From contig CBDFFH010000027.1 of NCBI GenBank assembly GCA_965246715.1, positions 128,001 through 192,000 of the forward strand: DNA of 64,000 nt, in the 5' to 3' direction. Source of the stretch: Chamaesiphon sp. (lineage in GTDB: Bacteria; Cyanobacteriota; Cyanobacteriia; Cyanobacteriales; Chamaesiphonaceae). This document shows positions 29,079 to 38,078 of the stretch, one piece after another. Position 1 is the stretch's first letter. Each line of letters opens with the position of its first letter. The position numbers and the translations under genes were made by a program. The notes beneath the pieces were generated by a model. That model ran no database searches, was not told the origin of the DNA, and saw only the letters and a list, made by a program, of their open reading frames with translations.

Positions 29079-29972
29079 TTAAATTTTTGAAAGCACATCA
29101 ATCGCGCTCGTCCACCGGACATCGGGATAGCGGTCATTATCCAGGGGTGTATTCTGGACGCTGAACATACTGTATAAATACTGCTTGAGTTGCCAGCTAG
29201 AATATACTTCTTTTTCTCCTTCTGGGTGAGCAGCGCGATCTTGTTTATTTAAGGTAGAGAAATCTACCAGACTGCCCATTGGAATGAGCTTGAATTCTGT
29301 CTTTTTAACTTCTTTGCCGATTGCCACCAATTCGTTCGGGCTAATTTGGAAACTGGCAATTCGCAGAATTTTTGGAGTTGAGACATCGATCGCGGCAGCG
29401 GCAGTATAATCTGCCGTATTATCCATCGTTGTAAAGTCGATTTTCCAGTCGGGATTATCGCCCCAATAGCCGACGCTGTGATTTTTTACATCATAAAGCG
29501 GCGTGTTAGAGTTCAAAATTTCATTGGCAAAAGCTCCGTTCAAGATCGAAGTGGCTGCGATCGAGGATTTGTCTAGATATTGATGAAACTCTTTTCGGAG
29601 ATCGAAATTTCGATTTTCACCTGTGGGCAGTTTGGTAAAGTCAGAAGCAAAATCCGAGGGAATAAAGCGCGGTACACCTGCTGAGATTGCTGCATCCAGC
29701 AGTTTGATTTGCGAGTCAACAATTGTCTCGTGCAGTCCTGCCAAAGCCGAAACCACACACGATGTGCCTTGACAGGCTTGTTTGAGTTCCTCGACATCCG
29801 ACAGATCGACAGTAATTACTTTCGCACCGAGTGCGGTTAGTTTGGGGATTTTTTCCGGTTCGCTACCGTTGCGGACGATGGCGCGAACTTCTGCCCCTCT
29901 GGCTATCAATGCTTTAATGATTCGTCCGCCGAGATTACCCGTTCCACCTGCTACTAAAATTGGCTGATTCAT
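29079..29972 (-). CDS. NmrA family NAD(P)-binding protein
   Basis: Collinear paralog of 16626-17519. Confidence 0.92.
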   Translation of the reverse strand: MNQPILVAGGTGNLGGRIIKALIARGAEVRAIVRNGSEPEKIPKLTALGAKVITVDLSDVEELKQACQGTSCVVSALAGLHETIVDSQIKLLDAAISAGVPRFIPSDFASDFTKLPTGENRNFDLRKEFHQYLDKSSIAATSILNGAFANEILNSNTPLYDVKNHSVGYWGDNPDWKIDFTTMDNTADYTAAAAIDVSTPKILRIASFQISPNELVAIGKEVKKTEFKLIPMGSLVDFSTLNKQDRAAHPEGEKEVYSSWQLKQYLYSMFSVQNTPLDNDRYPDVRWTSAIDVLSKI

Positions 29973-30020
29973 GATGTTTTGCACGTTTAAGTTTAAGGCT
30001 ATATAATCGAACCTGTCTTC

Positions 30021-30085
30021 AGCTTAATGAACTTAATCGGCGAAATCTATCACGTTCTTGCTGTCTTGAATATATTGCTTAGGAG
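30021..30085 (-). promoter_or_regulatory. Putative AraC-activated promoter in the 3' end of the araC pseudogene
   Basis: CAAGACAGCAAGAACGTGATA-N21-TAAGCT. Confidence 0.65.
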
Positions 30086-30325
30086 TGATACAAATCAGTC
30101 GCTTGAAATGTAAACCAAAGTGGCTTTGCGAGTCAAAGCCAGTTTCTGAGACGACTCGATCGATCGACCAGTCTTGACTGAGGAAACGTTTTGGTCGGTG
30201 AGATCGCGATCGTGGACTAACGGCAGCGGGAAAAATGGCAGATCTGTTTCGCGTCCAGCAACTTCGATCGCCACTTGTTGAAGTAAATCTAAACCGATCC
30301 GCAGTCCTCTAAAAGTGTAATCTCG

Positions 30326-30349
30326 TTGGCGGAGGCTCTTGCCTGAAGA
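30326..30349 (-). repeat. Double-hairpin element, 24 nt, degenerate, in frame
   Basis: TCTTC agg CAAGA GCC tcc GCC AA-CG; 8 extra codons relative to both paralogs. Confidence 0.75.
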
Positions 30350-30541
30350 GTTATCAGTCGAATCCGCCTGATGTGCTTCGCCCTGTTGTGTTATCACTAA
30401 TGTATTTGCTGGCACGTTGTGAGTCGTGCCTCTGTAATTAAACTGCCAGCCGTTACCCTGCTTGATATTTAGCTCCAGTTCTTCGTGAAAATGACGGGGC
30501 AATGAATGAGCACTTTGACCAGCACTATGCAATAACTCGAT

Positions 30542-30563
30542 TACCTCCGGTAGGCTACGCCAA
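30542..30563 (+). repeat. Double-hairpin element, 22 nt
   Basis: Identical to 25184-25205 and at the homologous codon. Confidence 0.93.
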
Positions 30564-30983
30564 CGAGGGTAGATAATGCGATCGCCAGATTCGAGTACGT
30601 GACTGCTGTGCTTTCATCGGTTATTTTAGGTACTAGTGGGAGGGCAAGGGGAACGCATCAAAATGGGATCTATTTCGATCGAATTTACCCATAAAGATTT
30701 ACCTGCTTTTCGATCTCGATCGCAAATTTAATTAGGGTACTGCGAATTGCAATATGATAATTAGCTATATTTGTGCGTATCTTGTGTCATTAAAACTCTT
30801 GATACTTATCTGTAATTTGTAAAACTACAATCTAACTGTAAACCAAGTTAGATCTAAAATCACTCTGTCGAAAGTACTGGTTTTATATTTACAAGCAAAC
30901 ATAAAACTAAACACACAAATTATTGCAGATGGCCAAAAATATTTATTGAAACCCCGCCAAAAATTTAGGAAACTCCTGTCGTG

Positions 30984-31706
30984 TTATCCGCGAGATTGAG
31001 GAATAGGATTGCGTCTGGTGTACCAAGCGTGCATCAGCAGATTTTGAAAGAATAGTACAGGTGAGTCGAATCCTCCTACTGCAATAATTGAGGCAACTTC
31101 TGACGGTGGTAGCACAGCCACATCGCGACCATAGGCGGCACTAATTTTAGCCCGAACCATTTCAATTGGCATCCCAGCAGATGCCATTATCCGCAGCCAA
31201 ATATCCAGAAGTTCTGGATAGGTTAAAGCAGATCGATCGTAAGCAAGATCGGCATTAATCATATACCCCTGAGAGCGCAGTCTTACAGCAATCTGATGAA
31301 AAAAGTTGCGCCGTTCCTCTGGTTGTAATAAGAACTGAGACACAAACAGGCAAGTTGCTGCATCAAATGTGTCCGATCCAGGTAGTGAATCAAGATAACC
31401 TTCGTAAAAAGTACAGCGGGAAGTGATGCCAATATCTTCGACCCGCTGGCGACAAATATCCAGCATCGGTGCCGCAGGCTCTACCAATGTGAACCGCCAT
31501 TGAGGAAAGGCTTGGGCAAGATCGATTACTTCTGAACCAGTGCCGACACCAACGCAGAGGATCTGGGCATCGCTTGGAAGTTCGGACAATATCCTACGCA
31601 TGAGAAAATTCAGTGCATCGCGTGTCGGCGCAAACACGGCATTCCCTTTGTCATAGGAAGAAGCCATTTGCCGATCGAACACAATAGCTGATTCTTGATT
31701 TGTCAT
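30984..31706 (-). CDS. Class I SAM-dependent methyltransferase (CmoA-like)
   Basis: ILCVGVGTGSE, VEPAAPML and FDAAT motifs; ATG at 31706. Confidence 0.88.
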   Translation of the reverse strand: MTNQESAIVFDRQMASSYDKGNAVFAPTRDALNFLMRRILSELPSDAQILCVGVGTGSEVIDLAQAFPQWRFTLVEPAAPMLDICRQRVEDIGITSRCTFYEGYLDSLPGSDTFDAATCLFVSQFLLQPEERRNFFHQIAVRLRSQGYMINADLAYDRSALTYPELLDIWLRIMASAGMPIEMVRAKISAAYGRDVAVLPPSEVASIIAVGGFDSPVLFFQNLLMHAWYTRRNPIPQSRG

Positions 31707-31797
31707 AATAAAACTAATAGTCAATCTAGTTTTACCATAGCGACTAGATCGACTATGGGCTACCAAATTATTGCTCAGTTTGTCAAAAACTTGCCCA

Positions 31798-31917
31798 TCA
31801 ACCTTTCCGATACATGTTAGGTGTGCCTGTAGTAAATCGACAAAACGTGGCGGCAAAGTGGCTTTGACTCGCAAATCCAAGCTGATAACTAATATCGCTA
31901 ATGGGTAATTGCGTCAT
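31798..31917 (-). pseudogene. C-terminal HTH remnant of another AraC regulator
   Basis: TQLPISDISYQLGFASQSHFAATFCRFTTGTPNMYRKG*. Confidence 0.7.
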
Positions 31918-32061
31918 AGGGCACTGGTCTGTTAAAGAGGGAGAGATGAAAAGCTGCGCTGAGTCAAGAGTTCATGGATAGAAAATGGGCGAAGAGAGTA
32001 ACCCATCGCCATTGAAGGAGTGACACATTTGCCAAGACCCCAATGCGGTTTAACCCAGATT

Positions 32062-32095
32062 TTGCCAGAAATTCAAAATAAGGAATTTCTGGCAA
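32062..32095. terminator. Hairpin downstream of the integrase
   Basis: TTGCCAGAAATTC-N8-GAATTTCTGGCAA. Confidence 0.55.
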
Positions 32096-32125
32096 GGTAA
32101 GCATAGCTCATATTACTTAATAGAG

Positions 32126-32249
32126 TTGACAAACCAGTCATAACAGGCTAAAAGTAAGACAAGCCCATAAAATAGCCCACGTAGTTATTTTAAATGGCTG
32201 TAAGCCTTGTATGACAAGGCTTGTGACTCTATTAGCACTACTTTGGGGT
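32126..32249 (+). repeat. att arm plus core, left copy of the inverted repeat
   Basis: Ungapped 124-bp match (102/124 by hand) to the reverse complement of 33562-33685; ends in CACTACTTTGGGGT. Confidence 0.9.
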
Positions 32250-33382
32250 TGTAGATGGCTTGTTCCAATATCAACAAACAAACATTCACTGCCGATCGCG
32301 TGAGCGTAAGTAGATAACATCATGCGCTTATCATGTCCAGTCTGTTCTGCCAGTGCGATGTAATTAGCACCGTTATGAAGCGCATGAGAGATGGCAGTGT
32401 GTCGAAGATTGTATGGTGAGCGATATTCGATCTGGCAGCTTTCAAGTATGGTTTTCCATGCTCTTCTTCTAAACGTATGGTCATTGATGGGCAAACCTTT
32501 GGGGCTGGGAAATACCAGATCGTCCGGCTGTGGCGATAGTCGATTGAATCTGGCTACCAACATCGCTCTCACATTCGGCGGTAACTGGATAGTGCGATGC
32601 TTTCCCGTTTTGGTGCCCTTTTGGTTTTGATGGCCGCGAGAGATGGATTCCCCGATCCATACTGTGCTGTAGTCCGAACCTAGATGCTGCCATCGCAACC
32701 CTGCAACTTCGCCAAATCTGCAAGCAGTAGAGGCGAGAAAGATGATGAACTCAGTGTAGTGAGAGTAATATGGATCGATCGCGAACGCTGAGATAATCGC
32801 TTGGAGTTCGGCAATAGTGAAGGGTTTCTTCTGTTGCCGATTTGGGGCTTTGTGACCCCTGGTAATCGTAGTGGTTAAACAACACTCCCAGGGATTAGAT
32901 TCGGCAACGTGGTACTTTCCCTTAGCCCAATCCCAGCAAGCTTTTAAATAGTACAGATATGATTTGACTGTCTTACTTGATGCCGATTCCAACCATTTAG
33001 TGACCAGATCCTTTGCTACAGGCTCAGTCACTTTCTCGGCAGGTTTATCACCGAGTAACCGATCGAGTTTGGACAGGATCGCTTTAAGTCTTAGCCCCGA
33101 TCCGTGAGTTATTCCCCGCTCTTGTTGATGGAAGGGAATATATTTCTCAAATAGTTCGACTGCACTAATAGCCGTGGGATCGTTCCCAAGCTTGCGAGGT
33201 TTGTATCTGAATAGTGTAGTATCGAAGTTTCCGTAGTTGATGTCTTTCTCGATCTGTGCCATCTTCATCTTGGCAGCAGACATCCCCACCGGATTATTGT
33301 GTTTGGGCAGACTGAAGCTATAGGGCTTGCCATCGTGCGAAAACCTGATAAGTAGGCTATTGCCGCGTTTTTCAATGTGCAT
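32138..33382 (-). CDS. Tyrosine recombinase/phage-type integrase with an N-terminal arm-binding domain
   Basis: TACRFGE (R), TKTGK (K), YNLRHT, TGH...Y; the C-terminal ~40 aa run through the att copy and may be non-native. Confidence 0.92.
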   Translation of the reverse strand: MHIEKRGNSLLIRFSHDGKPYSFSLPKHNNPVGMSAAKMKMAQIEKDINYGNFDTTLFRYKPRKLGNDPTAISAVELFEKYIPFHQQERGITHGSGLRLKAILSKLDRLLGDKPAEKVTEPVAKDLVTKWLESASSKTVKSYLYYLKACWDWAKGKYHVAESNPWECCLTTTITRGHKAPNRQQKKPFTIAELQAIISAFAIDPYYSHYTEFIIFLASTACRFGEVAGLRWQHLGSDYSTVWIGESISRGHQNQKGTKTGKHRTIQLPPNVRAMLVARFNRLSPQPDDLVFPSPKGLPINDHTFRRRAWKTILESCQIEYRSPYNLRHTAISHALHNGANYIALAEQTGHDKRMMLSTYAHAIGSECLFVDIGTSHLQPQSSANRVTSLVIQGLQPFKITTWAILWACLTFSLL

Positions 33383-33526
33383 AAAAACAGTGGGTGAAAT
33401 GGTGGGCGACGTACCAGCCAAACCACGCAAAACAGCACATTATTTTGAGTGCATAGACACGAAAAAGCGGCTGTTAAGAAATGGTTGGTTTCCTAAAAGC
33501 TTTGCCAGCAATATGTTTCAATCAAA

Positions 33527-33575
33527 TCGGAACGAGAGGATTTGAACCTCCGACCCCTACTACCCCAAAGTAGTG
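33527..33575 (-). other. 3' half of tRNA-Pro(GGG), att-site duplication
   Basis: CTACT-TTGGGGT-AGTAG anticodon arm, GGAGG-TTCAAAT-CCTCT T-arm and CGTTCCGA end; no D-arm or 5' acceptor strand upstream. Confidence 0.88.
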
Positions 33576-33685
33576 TAGCTAAAGATATAAGCCTTATCTT
33601 CCAAGACTTCCAGCCATTAAAAATAACTACATGGGCTATTTTATGGGCTAGTCTCATTTTCAGCCTGTTATAGTTGGTTTGTCAA
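33562..33685 (-). repeat. att arm plus core, right copy
   Basis: Contains tandem TAGCCCA arm-type repeats 12 bp apart; a similar pair lies at 33389-33408. Confidence 0.9.
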
Positions 33686-33698
33686 GTTTATTCACACA

Positions 33699-33740
33699 GC
33701 GATAATCGATCGATAGAGCAACAAACCGATCGATTATCGC
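33699..33740. terminator. Hairpin outside the right att arm
   Basis: GCGATAATCGATCG-N14-CGATCGATTATCGC. Confidence 0.5.
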
Positions 33741-33906
33741 CAGCTATCTGTCAAATTCGATCCGCTTTCTCGGTTCGTTCTGTTTTTGCTTTTTCCTGGT
33801 AGCGAAGCTTCTCTGGATCGAGCGTTCCCAGTCGATTGCGACCGACATTAACCGTGTCGTCTAATGGCGATCGTGTTCGGTAAAGATAGACGAGAAGACT
33901 CACAAC

Positions 33907-33961
33907 ACTTGACATCTCTTACATTACTTTAGATAATAAAGATAACTTGACATCTCTTACA
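33907..33961 (+). promoter_or_regulatory. sigma70 promoter with a 17-bp direct-repeat operator
   Basis: TTGACA-N17-GATAAT; ACTTGACATCTCTTACA at 33907-33923 and 33945-33961. Confidence 0.8.
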
Positions 33962-33972
33962 AGGAGATTTTT

Positions 33973-34542
33973 ATGGTTGTTACTCTCGATCCGCAAACAG
34001 CGCAACACCTCGAAGCTTATCAAGCTCTCAGTTCTACCGAGCGCGAACTTGTGACCCAAGCCCTCGAACGAGTTGCCAGTAAAGAAACATCAGATCCCGC
34101 GATCGAGACTCTAGCAGAATCGATCGCTGGCAGATCCTTTACCCGCACCGAACGCATCCAACTAGAAATAGAAACCCTCAGCAGACATTTCCAGCACCGC
34201 CGCCAACTGCTCGATACAGCTATTAGTGCTAGCCATGTGGCACAGATCTTGGGCACTTCTCGCCAAACCCCTCACGATCGGGTTGGCAGTCAATCCCTAA
34301 TCGCTATTAAAGAAAACGGTAAATTCTGCTTTCCAGTTTGGCAGTTCGACCCGACAGGATCGGATGGGGTTATCGATGGCTTGCCAGATATCCTCAAGGC
34401 TTTGCAAGTATCCGACTATAGCAAGCTCAATTGGCTGACTCGCCCCAACCCCTATTTAGACAACCTCACCCCAATTGAGGCTCTGAAGCAGGGAGAAAAA
34501 GAGCGTGTCTTAGCCGAAGCTAAGGCGGTAGGAGCGATCTGA
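33973..34542 (+). CDS. Putative antitoxin (HTH plus Xre/MbcA/ParS-like C-terminus)
   Basis: VAQILGTSRQT, FPVWQF and WLTRPNPYLDNLTPIEAL motifs; stop overlaps the RES start. Confidence 0.8.
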   Translation: MVVTLDPQTAQHLEAYQALSSTERELVTQALERVASKETSDPAIETLAESIAGRSFTRTERIQLEIETLSRHFQHRRQLLDTAISASHVAQILGTSRQTPHDRVGSQSLIAIKENGKFCFPVWQFDPTGSDGVIDGLPDILKALQVSDYSKLNWLTRPNPYLDNLTPIEALKQGEKERVLAEAKAVGAI

Positions 34543-35171
34543 TGGTTCGGATCGCTCTGCCACCTCCCTCAAAACCTCCTTCCCCCTCGTTCCGTACCCT
34601 TGCGGCTGGTACTAGCATCCTGCGGATTTTCGATCCTACCCGCTACGGCACTACCGCTCTAACTTTCCGTTATTACGGGCCGATCGGTCGATTCGACCAC
34701 CAACGTCCCTTGCCTAAAGGTGGATGTACTGAGGATTTAAAACGCGGTATCTCCTACGCTGGGTTGACTCTCTCTTGCTGTCTGGTTGAGTGTTTTGGCG
34801 ATAGCGGAGTTATCGAACTCAAAGGACAACAAATCGGTCGCATCCAGATCGAGCGCGAGCTTAACCTTCTAGACTTGAGAGGGAATGGAGCGATGAGGGC
34901 TGGCTCCGTCGCGGCTTTGGCTAAAATTGCCGATCGGCAGATCTCTCAAGAATGGTCGCGCTACTTTTACGAACGAACGGAATTGTATGGGCTAATAGAT
35001 GGTATTAGCTACTTCAACGCTCACAATGATGAGGAAGCATTTGCTTTGTACGAACGAGCGCAATCTGCCTTGGTTTGCCCAGATTCTCAAATTCTATCCT
35101 TAAATCATTCCAGTCTTCGTCCTGCCATTCAACAAGCATCTCTTGCCAACCATTTGGACTTTCTACCGTAA
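34542..35171 (+). CDS. RES domain toxin (NAD+ phosphorylase family)
   Basis: GRFDH, CLVECFG, LLDLRG, DGISY and ALYER motifs. Confidence 0.85.
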   Translation: MVRIALPPPSKPPSPSFRTLAAGTSILRIFDPTRYGTTALTFRYYGPIGRFDHQRPLPKGGCTEDLKRGISYAGLTLSCCLVECFGDSGVIELKGQQIGRIQIERELNLLDLRGNGAMRAGSVAALAKIADRQISQEWSRYFYERTELYGLIDGISYFNAHNDEEAFALYERAQSALVCPDSQILSLNHSSLRPAIQQASLANHLDFLP

Positions 35172-35222
35172 CGAGCGAATTAGCATCGATCGGATGGCGT
35201 GGTATTCATGTCCTTTGACAAG

Positions 35223-35326
35223 TACTAGTATTTTTGTTCTATAATAAGTTGGAAATCTAATTGCTTGCGATCGAGATGAATACGTTTACCCTCCATAACG
35301 CGAAATCCCAGTTCTCCAAATTATAG
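35223..35326 (+). pseudogene. Promoter plus first 16 codons of a Phd/YefM antitoxin; near copy of 53139-53240
   Basis: MNTFTLHNAKSQFSKL*. Confidence 0.8.
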
Positions 35327-35410
35327 TTATTAGCAGTAATTAGATCGGTTTGGCTCGAACGATCGATCTTCACTCAATCGGTTAGCTGAATCCTCAGTTC
35401 ACCTAAATTT

Positions 35411-37588
35411 ATGCGAAATCTGTTGATTGTTGAATCTGCTGGCAAAATCAAAAAGCTTAGGAGTATCCTCGGCTCTGACTGGGATGTCAAGGCATCGATC
35501 GGGCATATTCGCCAACTTGCTAACGATGGGGATGGTGCGTTAGGCTTCGACCTGGGTGCAGATACGATCGACTGTCGCTACATTCCCCGCGACGAAAGAG
35601 CCAAACAAACGATTGCCGGACTCATTGCCGCAGCCAAGCAAGCGGATCGAGTCTTCATCGCCTCAGATCCAGATCGAGAAGGTGAAGTAATTGGCTGGCA
35701 TATCGCCCAGGTATTGAAACTCAAACAGCCCCAGCGGGTTGTCTATCAGGAGATTACTGAGTCCGCAGTCAAAAAAGCGATCGCCAGCCCTCGCTCCCTC
35801 GATATGGCTCTAGTAGAGGCGGGTAGGTGTCGCGATTGTCTAGATAAATTGGTCGGCTACAAAGGCTCGCCCCTCATCTGGCGACTCAATAACGGGGCGA
35901 AAAGCGTCGGTCGTGTACAGTCCGCCACCCTGCACCTAGTCTGCCAACGAGAACGAGAAATTCAATCCTTCATACCACAAGATTATTGGTCGGTATTTGT
36001 AGACTATGCCGAAGGATTCAGAGCCTTTTACAACGGAACTGCTCAAGTTGTCTCACCAATAGCAGAGGAGGAAACTAGCGACGATGCTGGAGCTTCCGAA
36101 AAAGTCGCTGAATCGACGCGGGTATTGAGTCAGGCTGAAGCCGAAAGATTGGTGGAAATTGGAAAATCTCACCCCCATCAAGTTAAGACGATCGAAGGTA
36201 AACTCGCGCCCAAAAAGCCTCCCGCTCCATTCATCACCTCGTCACTGCAACAAGCCGCAGGTTCGCGCTTAAAGTTCAGCCCCGAACATACGATGTCAGT
36301 CGCCCAGAAACTCTACGAGGCTGGGTTGATTACCTACATGCGGACTGATTCGGTCGAACTCAGTCAGGACTTTTGCACCGCTGCACGGGAATGGCTGCTC
36401 GCTCACGATAAAGATAATGTACCTACAAAAGTTGCCAAACAGCGCAGTTCCAAAGACGCTCAGGAAGCCCACGAAGCGGTTAGACCGACCGATCTAACAA
36501 AAGCTTCAAGCGACCTCAAACAGCAGCTTTCCGAAGATGAATTCGCATTATACGTGATGATTTGGATGCGATCGATCGCGTCTCAGTGCAAACCCGCACA
36601 GATTCGCAAAACCACGATCGTCACTCAGTCTGGTGAGATTCAGTGGCAAGCCAGAGGGCAAATGCTGGAATTTGCAGGCTATGCCAAATATTGGAAGGAT
36701 ATCAGCGGCGATGCCGTATTGCCTAGCTTGCAACCCCAGCAACCGCTTACCGCAGCAAACGTCAGTCACGAGCAGAAGCAAACCCAACCACCGCCACGCT
36801 ATTCCGAGCCAAAACTCGTCCAACTGATGGAACGTAAGGGTATCGGTCGTCCTTCTACTTACGCGCCTACTATTGCCACGCTCAAGCAACGTAATTATGT
36901 CGAACTAGTTAAGAGTAAAGTGCAGCCGACGACTGTTGGTTTGCAAGTGGATGATTTTCTGATGCAAGCTTTACCAGAGTTGATTCAATCGGAATTTACG
37001 GCGGGGATGGAAACCCAACTCGATGCAATTTCCAAGGGGCAGCAAGAATGGCAAAGTTATCTAATTGAGTGGAACCGGAGCTATTTCGCGCCAGCGTTGA
37101 GTAAAGCTACTAAGAATCTACCAGAACAGGATTATGGATCGTTCCAGGGTAAGGAGCTGGAGAAATCGCGCTCGAAATGTCCGACTTGTAGCAAGCCAAT
37201 GTCTAAAGTACCGACCAAGAAGGTGAAGAAGGGCTATTTTCTCAAGTGTGAGGATGGCTGTAAAGATACTGAGGGCAAAGGGTTAGTAATGTTTTGGTCG
37301 GATCGATCGAATGAATGGCAAATTCCGCAACCTAAAACCGAGCAGTCATCTCCAGCGAAACTTACCGAACATCCTTGTCCAGTTTGCCAGAAGCCGCTGG
37401 AAGAATACAGCTACACGAAGGATGGACAAGCCAAGTCGATGTTACGGTGTTCGGATGCAGCAGCTCGAACCAAGCCCAAACACAAGGATGTCGCTTATTT
37501 TAGGGGGAAAGAGGGGGTGTGGTGGAGTCCAAAATTGGGTAATCTCGGTGCGGATGCTGCTAGATCGAGCCAGGTAAAAGCACCATAG
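35411..37588 (+). CDS. topA: Type IA DNA topoisomerase (mobile-element type)
   Basis: LIVES, DPDREGE, GRVQS, ITYMRTDS, QEAHEAVRPT, GIGRPSTY motifs and Zn-ribbon CxxC. Confidence 0.93.
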   Translation: MRNLLIVESAGKIKKLRSILGSDWDVKASIGHIRQLANDGDGALGFDLGADTIDCRYIPRDERAKQTIAGLIAAAKQADRVFIASDPDREGEVIGWHIAQVLKLKQPQRVVYQEITESAVKKAIASPRSLDMALVEAGRCRDCLDKLVGYKGSPLIWRLNNGAKSVGRVQSATLHLVCQREREIQSFIPQDYWSVFVDYAEGFRAFYNGTAQVVSPIAEEETSDDAGASEKVAESTRVLSQAEAERLVEIGKSHPHQVKTIEGKLAPKKPPAPFITSSLQQAAGSRLKFSPEHTMSVAQKLYEAGLITYMRTDSVELSQDFCTAAREWLLAHDKDNVPTKVAKQRSSKDAQEAHEAVRPTDLTKASSDLKQQLSEDEFALYVMIWMRSIASQCKPAQIRKTTIVTQSGEIQWQARGQMLEFAGYAKYWKDISGDAVLPSLQPQQPLTAANVSHEQKQTQPPPRYSEPKLVQLMERKGIGRPSTYAPTIATLKQRNYVELVKSKVQPTTVGLQVDDFLMQALPELIQSEFTAGMETQLDAISKGQQEWQSYLIEWNRSYFAPALSKATKNLPEQDYGSFQGKELEKSRSKCPTCSKPMSKVPTKKVKKGYFLKCEDGCKDTEGKGLVMFWSDRSNEWQIPQPKTEQSSPAKLTEHPCPVCQKPLEEYSYTKDGQAKSMLRCSDAAARTKPKHKDVAYFRGKEGVWWSPKLGNLGADAARSSQVKAP

Positions 37589-37680
37589 TTCGATCGCAAT
37601 TATTAAGATCGAGCATATAACCAAAAGTAAAATGTTATCTCTCTAACAAAATACTATTGCGGAAACAATGGGAGCAAATT

Positions 37681-38061
37681 ATGATAGTTACTCAAGCTCA
37701 AATCATCGAACTAGAAGAGCGACTCAGACAAGCAATGCTGCATTCTGATGTTGCCGAACTAGATGATTTAATCGCCCCCGAACTGCTGTTTACAAATCAT
37801 CTGGGGCAAATTCTTAGTAAACAGGAAGATCTTGATGCTCACCGTTCTGGGAAACTTAATCTTACCGAAATTACACCATCAGATCGACAGATTCAACTCA
37901 ATCATGGGTTTGCAGTTGTTTCTGTTTTAATGCACATATTAGGCAGCTATGAATGTACCCCAGTCGAGCAAGATATTCGATTTACCCGTGTTTGGGCGAT
38001 CTCTACTAGTGGCTCGATTCAAATTATCGCAGGTCACACTAGTGCGATTCCGCCACACTGA
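37681..38061 (+). CDS. DUF4440/NTF2-like protein
   Basis: LEERLRQAML...RFTRVW. Confidence 0.85.
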   Translation: MIVTQAQIIELEERLRQAMLHSDVAELDDLIAPELLFTNHLGQILSKQEDLDAHRSGKLNLTEITPSDRQIQLNHGFAVVSVLMHILGSYECTPVEQDIRFTRVWAISTSGSIQIIAGHTSAIPPH

Positions 38062-38078
38062 TATTAGAATGAGGTGAT

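Larger units (their letters stand above)
30033..30617 (-). pseudogene. AraC family regulator with an internal deletion and two micro-elements
   Basis: MKAQQSRTRIWRSHYLPS...DRDLTDQ jumps out of frame to KRFLSQDWSIDRV...DSKNVIDFAD*. Confidence 0.9.

Noticed and set aside
31707..31880. N-terminal extension of the methyltransferase
   Set aside because: Off-frame read-through of an AraC remnant; the ATG at 31706 fits better.
33527..33600. Complete tRNA-Pro gene
   Set aside because: No D-arm or 5' acceptor strand; the upstream sequence is the att arm.
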